Shown here: in pieces, positions 1 to 11,989 of the stretch
Layout of the letters: every line of letters begins with the position of its first letter
How positions within the stretch are numbered: position 1 is the first letter of the stretch
NCBI GenBank assembly: GCA_030704615.1
Contig: CM060733.1
Span: 47,182,001 to 47,246,000, forward strand
Length of the DNA: 64,000 bases
Source of the DNA: Takakia lepidozioides
Taxonomy: Eukaryota; Plantae; Bryophyta
Direction: 5' to 3'
Notes under the pieces: generated by a model
The model's database searches: none
What the model was told of the DNA's origin: nothing
Seen by the model: only the letters and a program-made list of their open reading frames with translations
Translations under genes and position numbers: made by a program

Positions 1-3000
1 GACATGATAGACCTCTAGAACCAGACCAGAAATAACATGCAGCAGCGCCATCATCTCCAGCACTGGCTGATAGGCGGCGACTTCAATATGGTGGAGGAAA
101 AAGAGACAGGCTTGGGAGATTGGTGCATGGTCTCTCCATGACAGAAAAAAACGCATGGGATGCCATGTGCTTATTAGTGGGGCTGATCGACACTTTGTCT
201 CCAAGCCAGGGCGAATTGAAATTCACATGGTCGAACAATAGGGACCCCCTCACTTGTGTCAGGCTCGGTTGGACAGATTTTATTGCTCCTACACTCTGAA
301 GTCTTGGTCAACCAGTATCCCGCTGCAGCCTATCCTCCCAGAGTTTGACCATGCCATGGTGCAACTGACGCTCAACACCCCGGGGTCCAGGGTGAGAGGC
401 AGGGGCTTTTTCAAGCTAAATCCCATCATGTTGCAGGACCCCCAGCTCATCATTCAGACCCTTCAGAATGCCTGGGAATCAGCGTCCACTCAGCTAGCCT
501 TGCCCACTGCCAGATTCTTGGCGAAGATGGAAATGTTAAGAGACCTTTGTAAAGTCATGTCAAGGGAGAAGGCAGATGACAATACTAGAAGACAAAAGGC
601 TCTGACTAAGTGCTTGCAAGTCTGCCAGTTTAAGCTGCAGTCGGGTCTGGAGGGAGCGCATACCATAACTGCATACAAGGATGCCTGCAAGAGAAATCTC
701 TCCACGCTGTTACATGCCAAGGAGCAATTCTCTAGAGTCAATTGGAGCCTTAAAGGGGGAAAGATGAATAGATATTTCTTTGTCAAGGCTGCGCAGCGGA
801 AAGCTGCCACAATGGTCCTAGCTTTGCGAGATGCAGATGGACATTTGGTAGATAAGCCAAGAATCATGGTAGAAGTGGCATCCTCATATTTTCAAGCTCT
901 GTTTCAAATGCAAGATGCTTCGCAACAGAAACAAGAGGCAACAGCGGCCCTGCTGCACCACATCCCCTGCTCGATCTCTCAACTGGACAAATCAAACCTG
1001 GCGGCCCCCCTGTCTGTGTATGAATTGGGGCAGGCAGTCATCTCTTTGGCATCACAAAAATTTTCAGGACTGGATGGTCTCCCAATTGAACTTTTTAAAG
1101 CACTATGGCATACAATTGGGGTGGACTTCCTCCTTATGGCAAATGATATTATGGACAAACAAATAATGCCCTCGCAGATGGCGGAAGGTCTCATTACTCT
1201 TGTCTTCAAGAAAGGAGATAGAGATGATATGGCCAACTACCGGCCAATCACTTTGCTAAACTCAACTTACAAGATTATCGCAAAGACCCTGGCCTTGAGG
1301 TTGCAGGCCCTGTTGCCGAAAATTATTAGGAAGGAGCAGACTAGCTTTCTCAAAGATCGCATGATCTTAGACAACATCTTGCTGCCCCACGTGGCCCTTT
1401 GACTCCATTGATTGGACCTTTCTGGAAGGGGCTATGGAGAAATCAGGGTTGGGGGGGCCTTTCCTGACATGGGTCCACATCCTCTTGCATGCAGCATCCA
1501 GCAAGGTCATGGTTAATGGGGTTATATCGAAGCCCTTCCGCATTTCCAGATCGGTGCGGCAGGGTTGCCCCCTGGCACCCTTCCTCTTCATCATAGCGGC
1601 GGACTCATTGGGACACATGTTGCACTACAGGCAAGACATCATTTGCCTTCACTTGCCTACACTGACCTCGGAGATGCTGAAACTCTCAATGTATGCAGAT
1701 GACACTATTCTATTGCTGGACAACTCCACAAAGGCCAACATTGACAGGGCACTCCAAATTCTCCACACCTTCTGCTTGGCTACTGGGCTCAAGGTCAATT
1801 GGAAAAAATCCATGGGCATTTTGTCCAAGCTACATAATGAAGCAACGACATCCCACTGTCAGCCATGGGGGGCAGATATAGGACTTGGATGGCTGCAAGA
1901 GGGCCGAATGCACAAGCTGCTAGGGCATCAAATAGGGCTGAACATGTCAAATCATGACCGCTTTAAGGAGGTGCTTGCAAGACTCAAGAAAAACCTGGCG
2001 TTCTGGAGTGCCGCAATGCTCTCCATTGTGGGAAGAGCTTTAGTTGCCAACCAGGTTTTGGAGGCATCAATGTGGTTTTCTGTGGCAGTTTGGGACCCAG
2101 ATGAGGCCATGGTCAAGGAAATTAAGGCGCTCATTCGTAATTTCATATGGGGAGCTACATCTGCGGCCCCATCCAGAAGGGCTTTGCTCTCATGGGACCA
2201 ATTGTGCCAAAAGAAAAAAAAGGTGGACTAGGTATTATTGACCCCTCGGCGCAGTTTAAGGCACTATTGGCAAAGTGGATCCCAAGAGCCATCAAGCATA
2301 GAAACACTCCATGGAGCAAGCTCATACAACCCTACCTCATGGGGTCGATCCCCACATCCTCAAGCCTATGGACTCAATCCTTGAGATGGATTGTTCAAGG
2401 CAAAAACAAAGTTGTTTCTTTGGGCTCCAAGCCACGGCAGTCTATATGGAGGGCCTGGCATGGCATGAGAGGCAATCTCACGCAACAAATGCCTCTGACT
2501 CACCAGAGTGTTTGAGACAACCTGTTTTTGCTAATTATAACATGGATTTGGACATTCTTCTTTCGTAAGCCTCGCAGTGGGCTTTTTGGGAGCAGACAGG
2601 ATTCACGCATATATCCAACATGCGCTGTCATCATCAATTCTTATCCAGGGCGCAAGTCGCACAGAAGAGCTAAAACCTGGGACACCATTCTGGCAAATGT
2701 ACCTCAGTACATGGAACCTCTCCTCGTGATGCATTGGTCATAAAGATACCCATTTGGATGGCCACCAGTCAGCAGATTTAGACCCCTGTCATGCTGGTCA
2801 CAGCCTGCCATGGTGTTAGAGCAACAGGTTTGGGATATTCTGCAGATGGGGAAGGTCTTCTTCAGTATCAAGGAAGACTGGAAGCAGATAAAGCTGACAT
2901 CTTTCACATCAGAGTGCTGGATAATGTGGGCAACCCAAACCCGCTGCCCCCGCAAGGCATGGAGACCCAATGGGCAAGACAAGAATTTAACCTCACCTGG

Positions 3001-4309
3001 TTTTTGAGTTGCCCACTGGTAGACCTGCAATTCGATCCCGGGGAGTGGAGATGGATGGATAAGAAAAAGACCCCTTTCTTTGCGTACTCTGTGAAAAATG
3101 GATACTCTCTCCTTAATCCCCCCCGCTCATTCGAGTTCAAGTGGAACGCAAAATGGAACATCCCGCTGCTAGACCACCATGGCTGGGACAAAATCTGGAG
3201 AGACATCTGGAGAAAAGACAAACTAGCCAGGCTATCCGGTTTTCTATGGAAAATCGCGCATAGAATTCTACCAGTCAGAGAACGCACCCATGAAGACAAC
3301 CCTAACTGCTCTCTGTGTGGTTTTTCTCCCGAGTCCATTGAACACTGCCTGATGTTCTGCAATCTGGCTGTTAGAGTCTGGCACTTGGTTCTTGTTTTCT
3401 ACTCTAGCTGGAATAGCTTCCCCTCCTCCCCCCACCTTCTCTGTTGCTTCTGAATTTCACCGTGGGTTAAGTGCAGACTGTCTGCCCGGTTTGGGCTGCT
3501 CTTAGAGCGCCTACCTTGTGGAACTTATGGAAAACAAGATGTGCTTGGGTTTATGAGGGAAAACCCCCCAGGGGCAGATCGGTATTATTCAATACTTACC
3601 AAGATTTGTTGACTGAGGGGCGGAAGGCTTCGTTAACTGTCTGTGCAGCTGTTTCCAGAACTTCGGAGCAGCGAGGGAGGAAATTGCTTCAAGACTTCCA
3701 TGACACCTGGGGCAAAAGCGGCATGTTCGGCGCCAGTATTTCCCAACTCTAAATTCACTTGGCAACATTCCATCCCCTCTCAATGGGAGGTCCCCTGGTG
3801 AAGGTGATGAGGGAGATTGCAACTGGCGCCATAAACGTGCTAGAGCCCCCAAATTCCGCGAACAGCTAAAGTTCTAGAAGTCTGGCATCTGCATTCGCCT
3901 CTGCGACGGTTCCGAGTTACATCACCCTCAAAATCTACTTCCACCTTCCCCTGCCATTCGTTGCTTGTTTCAAGTTTTTTTCAAGACTTAGCTCACTGCT
4001 TTTTCCTGACATTGTCTACTTCTCTACAACAAATCCTTGCTTCTAAACTCCCCCCATCCCTACCACTTCTCTTTCGGTCCCCCGCACCACTTTCTCGACC
4101 CCTCCTTCTCAAAGTCATCTCTTTGGGTTTCCTTGCTCCTTTCCCTTAGCATGTTCGCTATGGTTTCGGGGAAGTTCCCCCTCAGCAAGCCTCATGGCCC
4201 CCCCCGGGTGGTTATTTTTTCCACCCCAGTGTAACTCCTTATTATTTAATTTGATCAACATGGCTTCTGTCCTTTTTCTTTATTTAAAAAATAAATAAAA
4301 ATTAAAAAT
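1..4309 (+). mobile_element. Degenerate L1/Tx1-like LINE (ORF2: AP endonuclease, RT, zf-RVT), cut at its 5' end by the window edge
   Basis: Endonuclease motifs WLIGGDFN, FTWSN, ARLDRFY and DHAMV (1-360). RT motifs GLDGLPIE, NYRPITLLNSTYKIIAK, VRQGCPLAP and YADD (254-2231). zf-RVT FLWKIAHRILP..CSLC..ESIEHCLMFC (2791-3453). Broken by stops and frameshifts. A-rich tail at ~4283-4309. Confidence 0.92.
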
Positions 4310-4311
4310 TA

Positions 4312-5971
4312 CTGTGGCCCAGGAATTAGAATGGGGCGCTTATGTAGGAAGGCCACGTGTATTAAAGAATGAGATGAGGGGTACCAAAAAAAGAAGGGAG
4401 GAATTGGCCAAATTTAGAATAGGAAGTGTTGTAGGGCTCACATATGTGTCCAGGGCCTTCTAGAAGGGTCCACCGCCCTGAGAGGGTATATAAGGGACCC
4501 CTCTTACTACCTACTAACTTACTACCTACTAAATTAGTAAATAGTGGGCTCTGCAAAGGCAGGGCCCCCCAAAAAAAACAACAAACAGCAAACATCATTA
4601 GTATGTGATGTCGTACATATTATCTTTATATTAATTAATGCTTCTCATTCAACAATAATAGGGTCATAAATGCCCGCGCGTGTGGTAGAGGGGGTCGCGG
4701 AGGGTGGGAACATCCCTACCCGGCCAGTCTACTGTTGGGTCTGCCCGACAAGCTGGTCTGCTGGGCCCACAATATGCACATAAAGCATTAGTTATTGCAA
4801 GGGTTTAGAGAAAGTGGTTGATAGTGTGGTGGTTAAGAGCAATGAATAATAAACACGAGGTTTGGTGTCAAAATCGGCAGTGATGTGTGTTATTACATAT
4901 ATATTTTGTCGAAGGGTCTGCCAGTCTATTGGAGGGGGGCCTGCCCAGTCTACTCGTCGGTTTGCTTTGCTGAAGGGGTGCCGGTCTGCCTGCCTGCCTG
5001 TCCGCTAGAAGGTTGAGTCGGTCTGTTGGAGGGTATGCCCAGTTCACTAGAAGGTCCGCCACGGTAGATGAACAAGGACTTGGAAAAAATTCAGAATTTG
5101 GCCTACCCGATGAATGGGCGGTGGACTTATGAACTCACCCCAAGGGCTCTGTTGGGAGGGCTTGCCCGTGCATTCATTGCCCTATTATTAAAAAATGAGA
5201 GGCTTAATTAATAGATCTATGGTTCTTGTTTTTTTTTTTTGGGGGCCTATATGTGATGTCATACATATTATTGTCTATATGTTAATTAATAGATCTAATA
5301 AAATTAATAAATTCTTTTATTTTATATTATTTTGGGGCCTAGGTCTGCATAGCCCCCTAGCTAGTAATAAGCTACTAATTTAATAAATAATTACTTAAGT
5401 AGTTAGAGCCTGGCTCTAGCTCTCCTACATATACCATTTGAGGGCGGTGGGACCCTTCTAGAAGGGTGCCTTCATGTTGTGAGACCCTTTTAGAAGGGTG
5501 GGACACGTGGTAGACCCTAAAAAGGCCCACTCCCACCACTTGACACTTGTCCCCAATTTTATAGGTATCACCATCCCCTATTTAATAGCTATAGGCTTCC
5601 TGACATCTTTTTTCGGACCCTTCATTTCATTAATTAATATAGGTGGCCTTATCACATTGGCCCTGGACAGACCTCTTAGAAAAGACTTGGACCATGAGGG
5701 CTGGAGAGAAAAGAGTACTCAAACTGGCACAAGAGCACACTCTTTACAAAAGACTGTTGGAAGGGGGCACAGTGACTGATCCACACAAGACTCAACTTAA
5801 TTCCTTGAAGTCCATTGTGTGGGAAGGCTCCAGTGGAGGGGGACTTGCAGCAGAAGTCCCGACGTCCAAGCGAAGGGATAGTAGACTTCCCGGAATTGCG
5901 GAGCAGAGGAATACACACGTGCGAAGGAGGCCTCTTTTAACTCCTGGACCATGCTAATTCCTGGACCATTC
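4312..5971. mobile_element. Putative decayed non-autonomous TIR/foldback DNA transposon (TA-flanked)
   Basis: Imperfect terminal inverted repeats (ctgtggcccaggaattagaatgg versus revcomp gaatggtccaggaattagcatgg), each next to TA. Internal inverted repeat ccttctagaagggtc(c)accgccct at ~4455-4480 and ~5440-5470. No coding capacity. Confidence 0.4.
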
Positions 5972-6668
5972 TAGAATTAACCAGGCCGAATGAAACTGCT
6001 TTACATATAACTACATTTGGGTATGTCTTCTGTACCCTCAAGGGTAGGGTAATATTCGGATATCGTATGTGGGCAGGTCCCGGTGAAAATATCAGGGTAA
6101 ATCATATACCACCCAAGTTATAAGGGCCCCTAAAAATATGGTGGTCAGCTACTTTCATTTGCTGTCACAACCATCAAACAGCCAAGATGGGCAGGGACCA
6201 GTTAGTTGTTGCTCCAATCATCGATTGCACTTCAAGAAGTGCGGCCTCGACCTACGACAAAGGATTTCAGAAGTCCCACTGTCAGCTTGGCGGATAACGT
6301 CTATGGCTCCAAAGAATCAGGGCTAATTTGTCATGGGAGAATAGTGCCTCTTGAGCAAACCTTTCCACATTTGATGTCCACACCAACTGAATACCTTGTT
6401 TCTACCTGCCCAAACCATTAAATCTTGAAGTACTGCACCAAAGTGCTCTATCTGAGACTAGGTGCTCAGCCTTCCAGGGGAGCTCGGGATTGTCGATGCA
6501 CCAGGATGTGGGCACATCATTTGCCTTGTTCTAGCAACTTCCATGCTCAACTAGCTCTCAAGGCCTCTCCACGGGAAAGCTTTCTGCAAAAGCAAAAACA
6601 AACATCTTCTGCTCATACATCAACTTCAAAATCGGGGAAATGGAACCAACTCAGCCATGCTTTTGCCA

Positions 6669-9600
6669 TCAGTAAATGTTTTGGAGGCACTGAGATACAA
6701 ACACACGTGCACCTGGAAGGCTAAAAGAAAGTGTGCTTGAGCCTGAAGCAAACCATTGGAACGACCTACCATAAGAGACGCGCTTAATTCGGTCAAGAAT
6801 GTGTAAGAAGGCAGCTCCTGATAGGAGGCCAAGTATAGACGTGGCAAAAATGGTGCTGTTGTACAACTTGCGCTGGTACCCGCCCTGCATGTCCGTTTAC
6901 ACATCATATAAGAAGAATATAGTTGTTCATTCAAGCAGACCACGTTCGAGTAAGAAAACAATGACCGGGAAAGTCTCTCTTACAAGAGAGAGGAGGTAAG
7001 AACATACTTTTGGAGACCTTACCCTGATTATGATGAAGAGTAATGCAATATGCACAGGCACACGGAACACACTCAACACCGCAGCTCGGCGGTCATTTTG
7101 AATGTATCTGCAAAAGCAACCCATAAAGACAGAGAAAGGGCAAGACAAAGAGGAAATTATTAGACTTTGCTTTCAGCAGACCACCCAGTGGTACTGAACA
7201 GAAAACGGTGAGGGGAATGGAAGGAGCTTGGTGTAGAGGCCACAACTATTTATGGAGGGCTTGCTCCAGTGAAGCAAGAGAGATTTGTGCTAGCACAAAA
7301 CCAACCAAGCACCTGCTTCCAGTAAAAACAATTACTCAACAATTACTCCTATGCTACTTGATACCATCTCTCAGCTGAATATAGCTTTTAGAACTTGTGT
7401 TTCTCTACTCAAAGATATAATACAATTACACTCACATGCTCCTTAGACGCGCCAGAGAGGGCCAGGCAATCCCAACACAGACATGAAATACACAGAAGCA
7501 AGCCACCACCACCCCAACCTCCTGCAATGGTCACGTACATCCAAGTCCTTGTGACAGCTGTGCATCTATCCATATATCGTCCAATTACCCCCCACTTCCC
7601 CCAGTTTATCAAAGAGGAAAGATGGATAGACAAATCCCTCAGTCAAACTCATATTGTGCCAAGGGGAGCTTGAAACAATGCTTAGGGACAGAAACCCTTC
7701 ACCTCACTCTCTTTCCTTTTGGTCATGAGGTCAGAGGACATATCTACACTACTGCCAAATCATGAAGAACACTGGTAATATATACTACGAGAAACTGCAA
7801 TTCGTAATCTTGTGTTGCAAACACCCCTGCTAAACAATGCTGTTCCTGTATACCCTTCCTTTCTTCCCATTCATAAAGGCCACCCAGAACTCATGTACTT
7901 GAACAATATTGGAACATAGGTCAATTCCTACTGGGGAGTTCTTTTCCTTCACCCCCTCCATGGCCAAATATATCCCCTCTAAACCCTTCCCCTACATCCT
8001 CTCCTTTGGCATGCTCCTACTCTCTCACATACACATACAAAATTGAAGATAGCCTCACACCTGATAGTCGTAAGCCGGCAAGAATAAGGAGAAACCAGCC
8101 ACAATGAAAACGTAAGGAAGGAAGCTTTCAGGACGGATAAAAAGGGGGCCGCAGAGGAGGAAGGCAGCAAAGGAACTGCCTAGCATCGTGGATACTATTA
8201 AACGTGTGTAGATCAAGCCACTGTGCACTTCACGCCCATCCGCCTGCTCCCTCAAGCCAAATACCAAAAACCACAGCAATGCTTCTTCAGTGTGTCTACA
8301 TTCTTAGCTTGCAGCAATAAGGAGAAGGTCGTCACAAAAAGACAATATACATCCTGTCATAGAACTAGTACAGACATCTGCCTCTCCTCAGTCTGAGATC
8401 TTCACTATTGCATGACATAATGAGACCAGTAAAACAAAGAAGAAAACAGAAAGCCAATGAAACATGAACCCAAGCAAAAGATCAGACTCACCACAAGGGT
8501 GGGAATCCACAGGAACCAAAACACAGAAATGGAGAAGTCAAAGCACGCCTGCGTCCATCCTAGCAGAACCACCCTCTTATCTGCAACGGACCACATTTCA
8601 AATGACCCTCAAAGCTGCTACATAGAAGTGAAGTAGACGTTCATTGCCCTGTGATCAATCTTCTTGGACATTCTATCACAGATTTTCCTCGGAGCTCCCT
8701 CTATGCCACCCACTATCCTATCTGCGACACTACCAAACAGCTGACTTCATCTTTCCTACCCCAACCTACTCTTGACTCTAAATTGCCAAGAGGTTGGTCT
8801 GGCTCGAGTTAACAAAATCATTGCTTATAAAGCACAGGTTTAGGGTGAGAAAGAGCACCAACCAAGGAGAGCTTGCAGTCTCAATAGCTTGGTGTGAGGA
8901 GTCCCTACATTCTCTCCCCAAGTCCTGCTGACTGCCACAATACATAGAACTGCTGCGGCAGCAGCTGCCATAGTAGGGGCTGCCCCTGTAAACCCCTGCC
9001 ACCCGACCAAAACAGTGGCCAGAGCTCCACTGCCTGTAGCCACAATCCCATTGCCAAAAGCCATAACCCAGAATATGTCATTCAACCATTCCTGCTTGAA
9101 GCCCATCTGCACAGATCAAAGAAGGAGCATTAGCCCACACAAACATCTCAACAGAGATAACCGGCTCGAGGACAGATTGCAGCCTTGTAGATGGAAGCTT
9201 CTGGCAAAGATAGATAGGGTTACAATAACTCAGTACACCTATCCATAAATTGGTATGTTCCATAACCTGTGCACCTAAGACATGTAACAGGACGTTTTTG
9301 GTGTGTGTGTGTGTGAGAGAGAGAGAGAGCGAGAACCTTCTCATGCTCTGCTGTCAGCCACGCCTCAAAAGCAGACAAATACAGGGACCCTGCAATTCCG
9401 AGGCAGACATGTGCAAAACAAAGCATGTTGAAGTTTCTGGACTGCTTCGCCAAGCATCCCAGAGCCTGGAAGATGCCATACATAATGCATGCCCTCTTGC
9501 GACCTCTGCAGGCCAAACACGACTCAATAGACTTTAGCAGTTTTTGGTTTCCAATGAAGGCCTTAATTACTTTAAATTGGATTTCCTGTTAAAATTGCAG

Positions 9601-10712
9601 AGAGGAGGCAGGGACGAGGAGGTTTGAGGGGGCCAAGGTACAAATACATATACCTTCAATTAGATCAGGGAAATAGGGACAAACTCCATCATGAACTTAG
9701 CTCAGGGCAGCTACATAGTGCCATGAGACCAAAAATGCAACTAGTTCTACAGAAAAGTGGCCACATCATCCTCTCCCCACCACCAAAAGCCATATGCATC
9801 ACCAGTCCTACATGAAGTAATTTGGAATTCAGAACATTCACACTTGAGCTCTCTCTCCGTACAGTAGCTTTCACTACAACGTTTTGAACTGTGACAAAGG
9901 CCGCAGATGGATAATGCCATCTTTCGAAGTTCACTGAAATCAACCCGGGATGCGACAACATTTAGATGAGCTAGATAGAACTTAGAGAAACAAGAATTTG
10001 AAGCGAAAACACGATTAACAATGATACAATACATCTTCTTGCAGAGGAACATGGTGAGGGCCGCAGGCGTAAATCGAATCATACTGCAAAAGGGGCTTAC
10101 ATGTAGTCAGCCGAAGCGCCAAAAAAAGTGCCAAGTAAGAGGGAGCTGCCATGACCAATAGCCAACAACAACGCTATGTCCCGCCTTTTCAGCCCGTATT
10201 TCTCGTACAACGTTTCCCAGTAAACTCCCTGCAATCCTTCGGCGACTGTCCTTCACAGCCTTTCCAGAACTCAGAATGCGCAGTCGTTCATTCCATTGAT
10301 GTTGCAGAAAAAAGTGTTGATTACAGAGACGAATTCCTCTCATCCCAATTTACGAGATAGAATCGTGAATGACCTACAGCTTAGAAAATTTCTTTTTTAC
10401 CTCACTGAAAGTTTGCATAATTCAAAGCGAGCAGGCGTTCAAGACGAGTATATAATAATGCCAGTGTAACGGAACAGAGACAGAAATGTCTTAAAAACCG
10501 CACGGGATAATTATACCTGAAGCAAGAAAGAAGACGCCCAAAAAGGTCCTCTGGAATAGCAGGAACGACGGGTGAAACCGGGCCATAGATGGCGCCCTCT
10601 CAAAGGAGGGAGCTCTCTGAGAGAACAGAATTCTGCTGTACAAAACCACTGCGCAGGCCGCTATTTGAAAGCCATAAAACCCTCTCCCTCCCTCCCACGG
10701 AATCTCATCCAT
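6669..10712 (-). CDS. Molybdate-anion transporter-like MFS_5 (MFSD5/MOT2-like) protein, about 9 exons
   Basis: Spliced GT-AG exons read MDEIPWEGG..FQRTFLGVFFLAS / VAEGLQGVYWETLYEKYG..GASADY / GRKRACIMYG..SAFEAWLTAEHEK / GFKQEWLNDIFW..WGEN / DKRVVLLGWTQACFD..LWIPTLV / ADGREVHSGLIY.. / ..CVGIAWPSLARLRS / YIQNDRRAAVLSVFRVP / last exon to the stop at 6669. These are typical MFS_5 motifs. Confidence 0.88.
9300..9329. repeat. Compound (TG)n(AG)n microsatellite in an intron
   Basis: gtgtgtgtgtgtgtgagagagagagagag seen directly. Confidence 0.9.
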
Positions 10713-11200
10713 TGGTCTTCACAAAGCGCATACAAGAGCTGCGCTACGGTGCGTACGAAGATCCATGAAAGGAAATCCCACCCCCCCCAAGCTCGCTTCC
10801 TGCAACCATTGCATGCTACAAATTCCACCACTACATTTTGAACAAATATTATGGGGCCACATTCCCCTCCGACTCTTTAAACCCGAAACCTACAACAAGA
10901 ATCCTAACCCGCAGAACGGAGATGCTTCTGCTCCAACAGGAGATGCTTCCCGCCGCCACACTCGGCAGCTCCCGCGCTTTCTTCCGGGCCGGGTGGGGCC
11001 CGGCCCAAAGCACCGGGATCCGATAGTTCAGCGCTCTTTTACACACCCCATCCGTCTTTCTCATCCAGCGGCAACCATGCATCCTAGGTCCGAAAGAGGT
11101 GACGTGTCCCGCGGAGAGGGCCGTAGCACCGTTTCAGGGTGGAAGGAAAGAAGCCGACCTCCTGTCGCACGCCAGCAGCCTTTTCTCTTCTCTCTCTCTC
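10713..11200. promoter_or_regulatory. Probable bidirectional promoter between the MFS_5 gene and ZRF1
   Basis: Head-to-head genes. GC-rich segment with GGCCCA/GGGCC site-II-like motifs (~10985-11010) and a CT-rich tract (~11180-11200). Likely ZRF1 5'-UTR intron at ~11436-11824. Confidence 0.5.
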
Positions 11201-11989
11201 TAAGGCTGTGGCTTCGGGCCATCGTTTTTCTTGTTGCGGGAATCCTTGTATCGGGCTGGATTGGTGGCGTTCGTGTGGGGAGGAGTGCGGGATTGGAGGG
11301 GCCTGCAGTGGGAGTCATATGCACCGACCGTATTCGCTGGGGGTGTTGTTTGGTCTTCTGCGGTGTTGAATCTGTGCAGGGGGTTGGTTTGCAGCTGCCG
11401 TGGCTCAGCTATACTGCGAGGTTTTGCAGTGCTAGGTAAGACTCGATCGTCTCTGGGGTTTTTACCGTTTTTGGTCGGATTTGTAAAATAGGTCACCGGG
11501 ATTTTGCTCGCCTTGTCTCGGATTTGTTCGGCTGTGAATGTTTTCTTCCGATATTTTTGCTCAATTAAGGTCGTGACGTGATGTAATTTGCTGCGTCAAT
11601 GAGATGTTTGTGCCTTTGTGAGATTGCCGGTGGCATGTTGAAGGTGGGGTCGATGCTGCTTTCTATGACATTGTTATCTTTATTTTCGTAAATGTATCGT
11701 TAGTCTGACTCTCCTGAGCGGGCGAGAGTGTTTTTTATTAAAACGCCGGTGGGAAAGGCACTGTTGAGGTTCGCTTGTATCCCCTCGGTTGGAAGGATGT
11801 TTCACTAACAAACTCGTTTAGCAGGTAGTGTGTGGTCGAATTCGTGAACGGCGTACGGGGAAGCTGCAGCTGCTTTTGAGAAGGTGGCGCCACATCTCTC
11901 CTTTGTCGGATAGAGATTTTGGAGACAGAAAAGATTGAGTCTGATAATCTGTCGGAATCACCACATGTAACGGGAGCACTTGTTACACG

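Noticed and set aside
10765-11439. 224-aa ORF in the divergent promoter, and many short antisense ORFs over pol and ZRF1
   Set aside because: No domains. Explained by GC-rich UTR sequence or as shadows of real coding strands.
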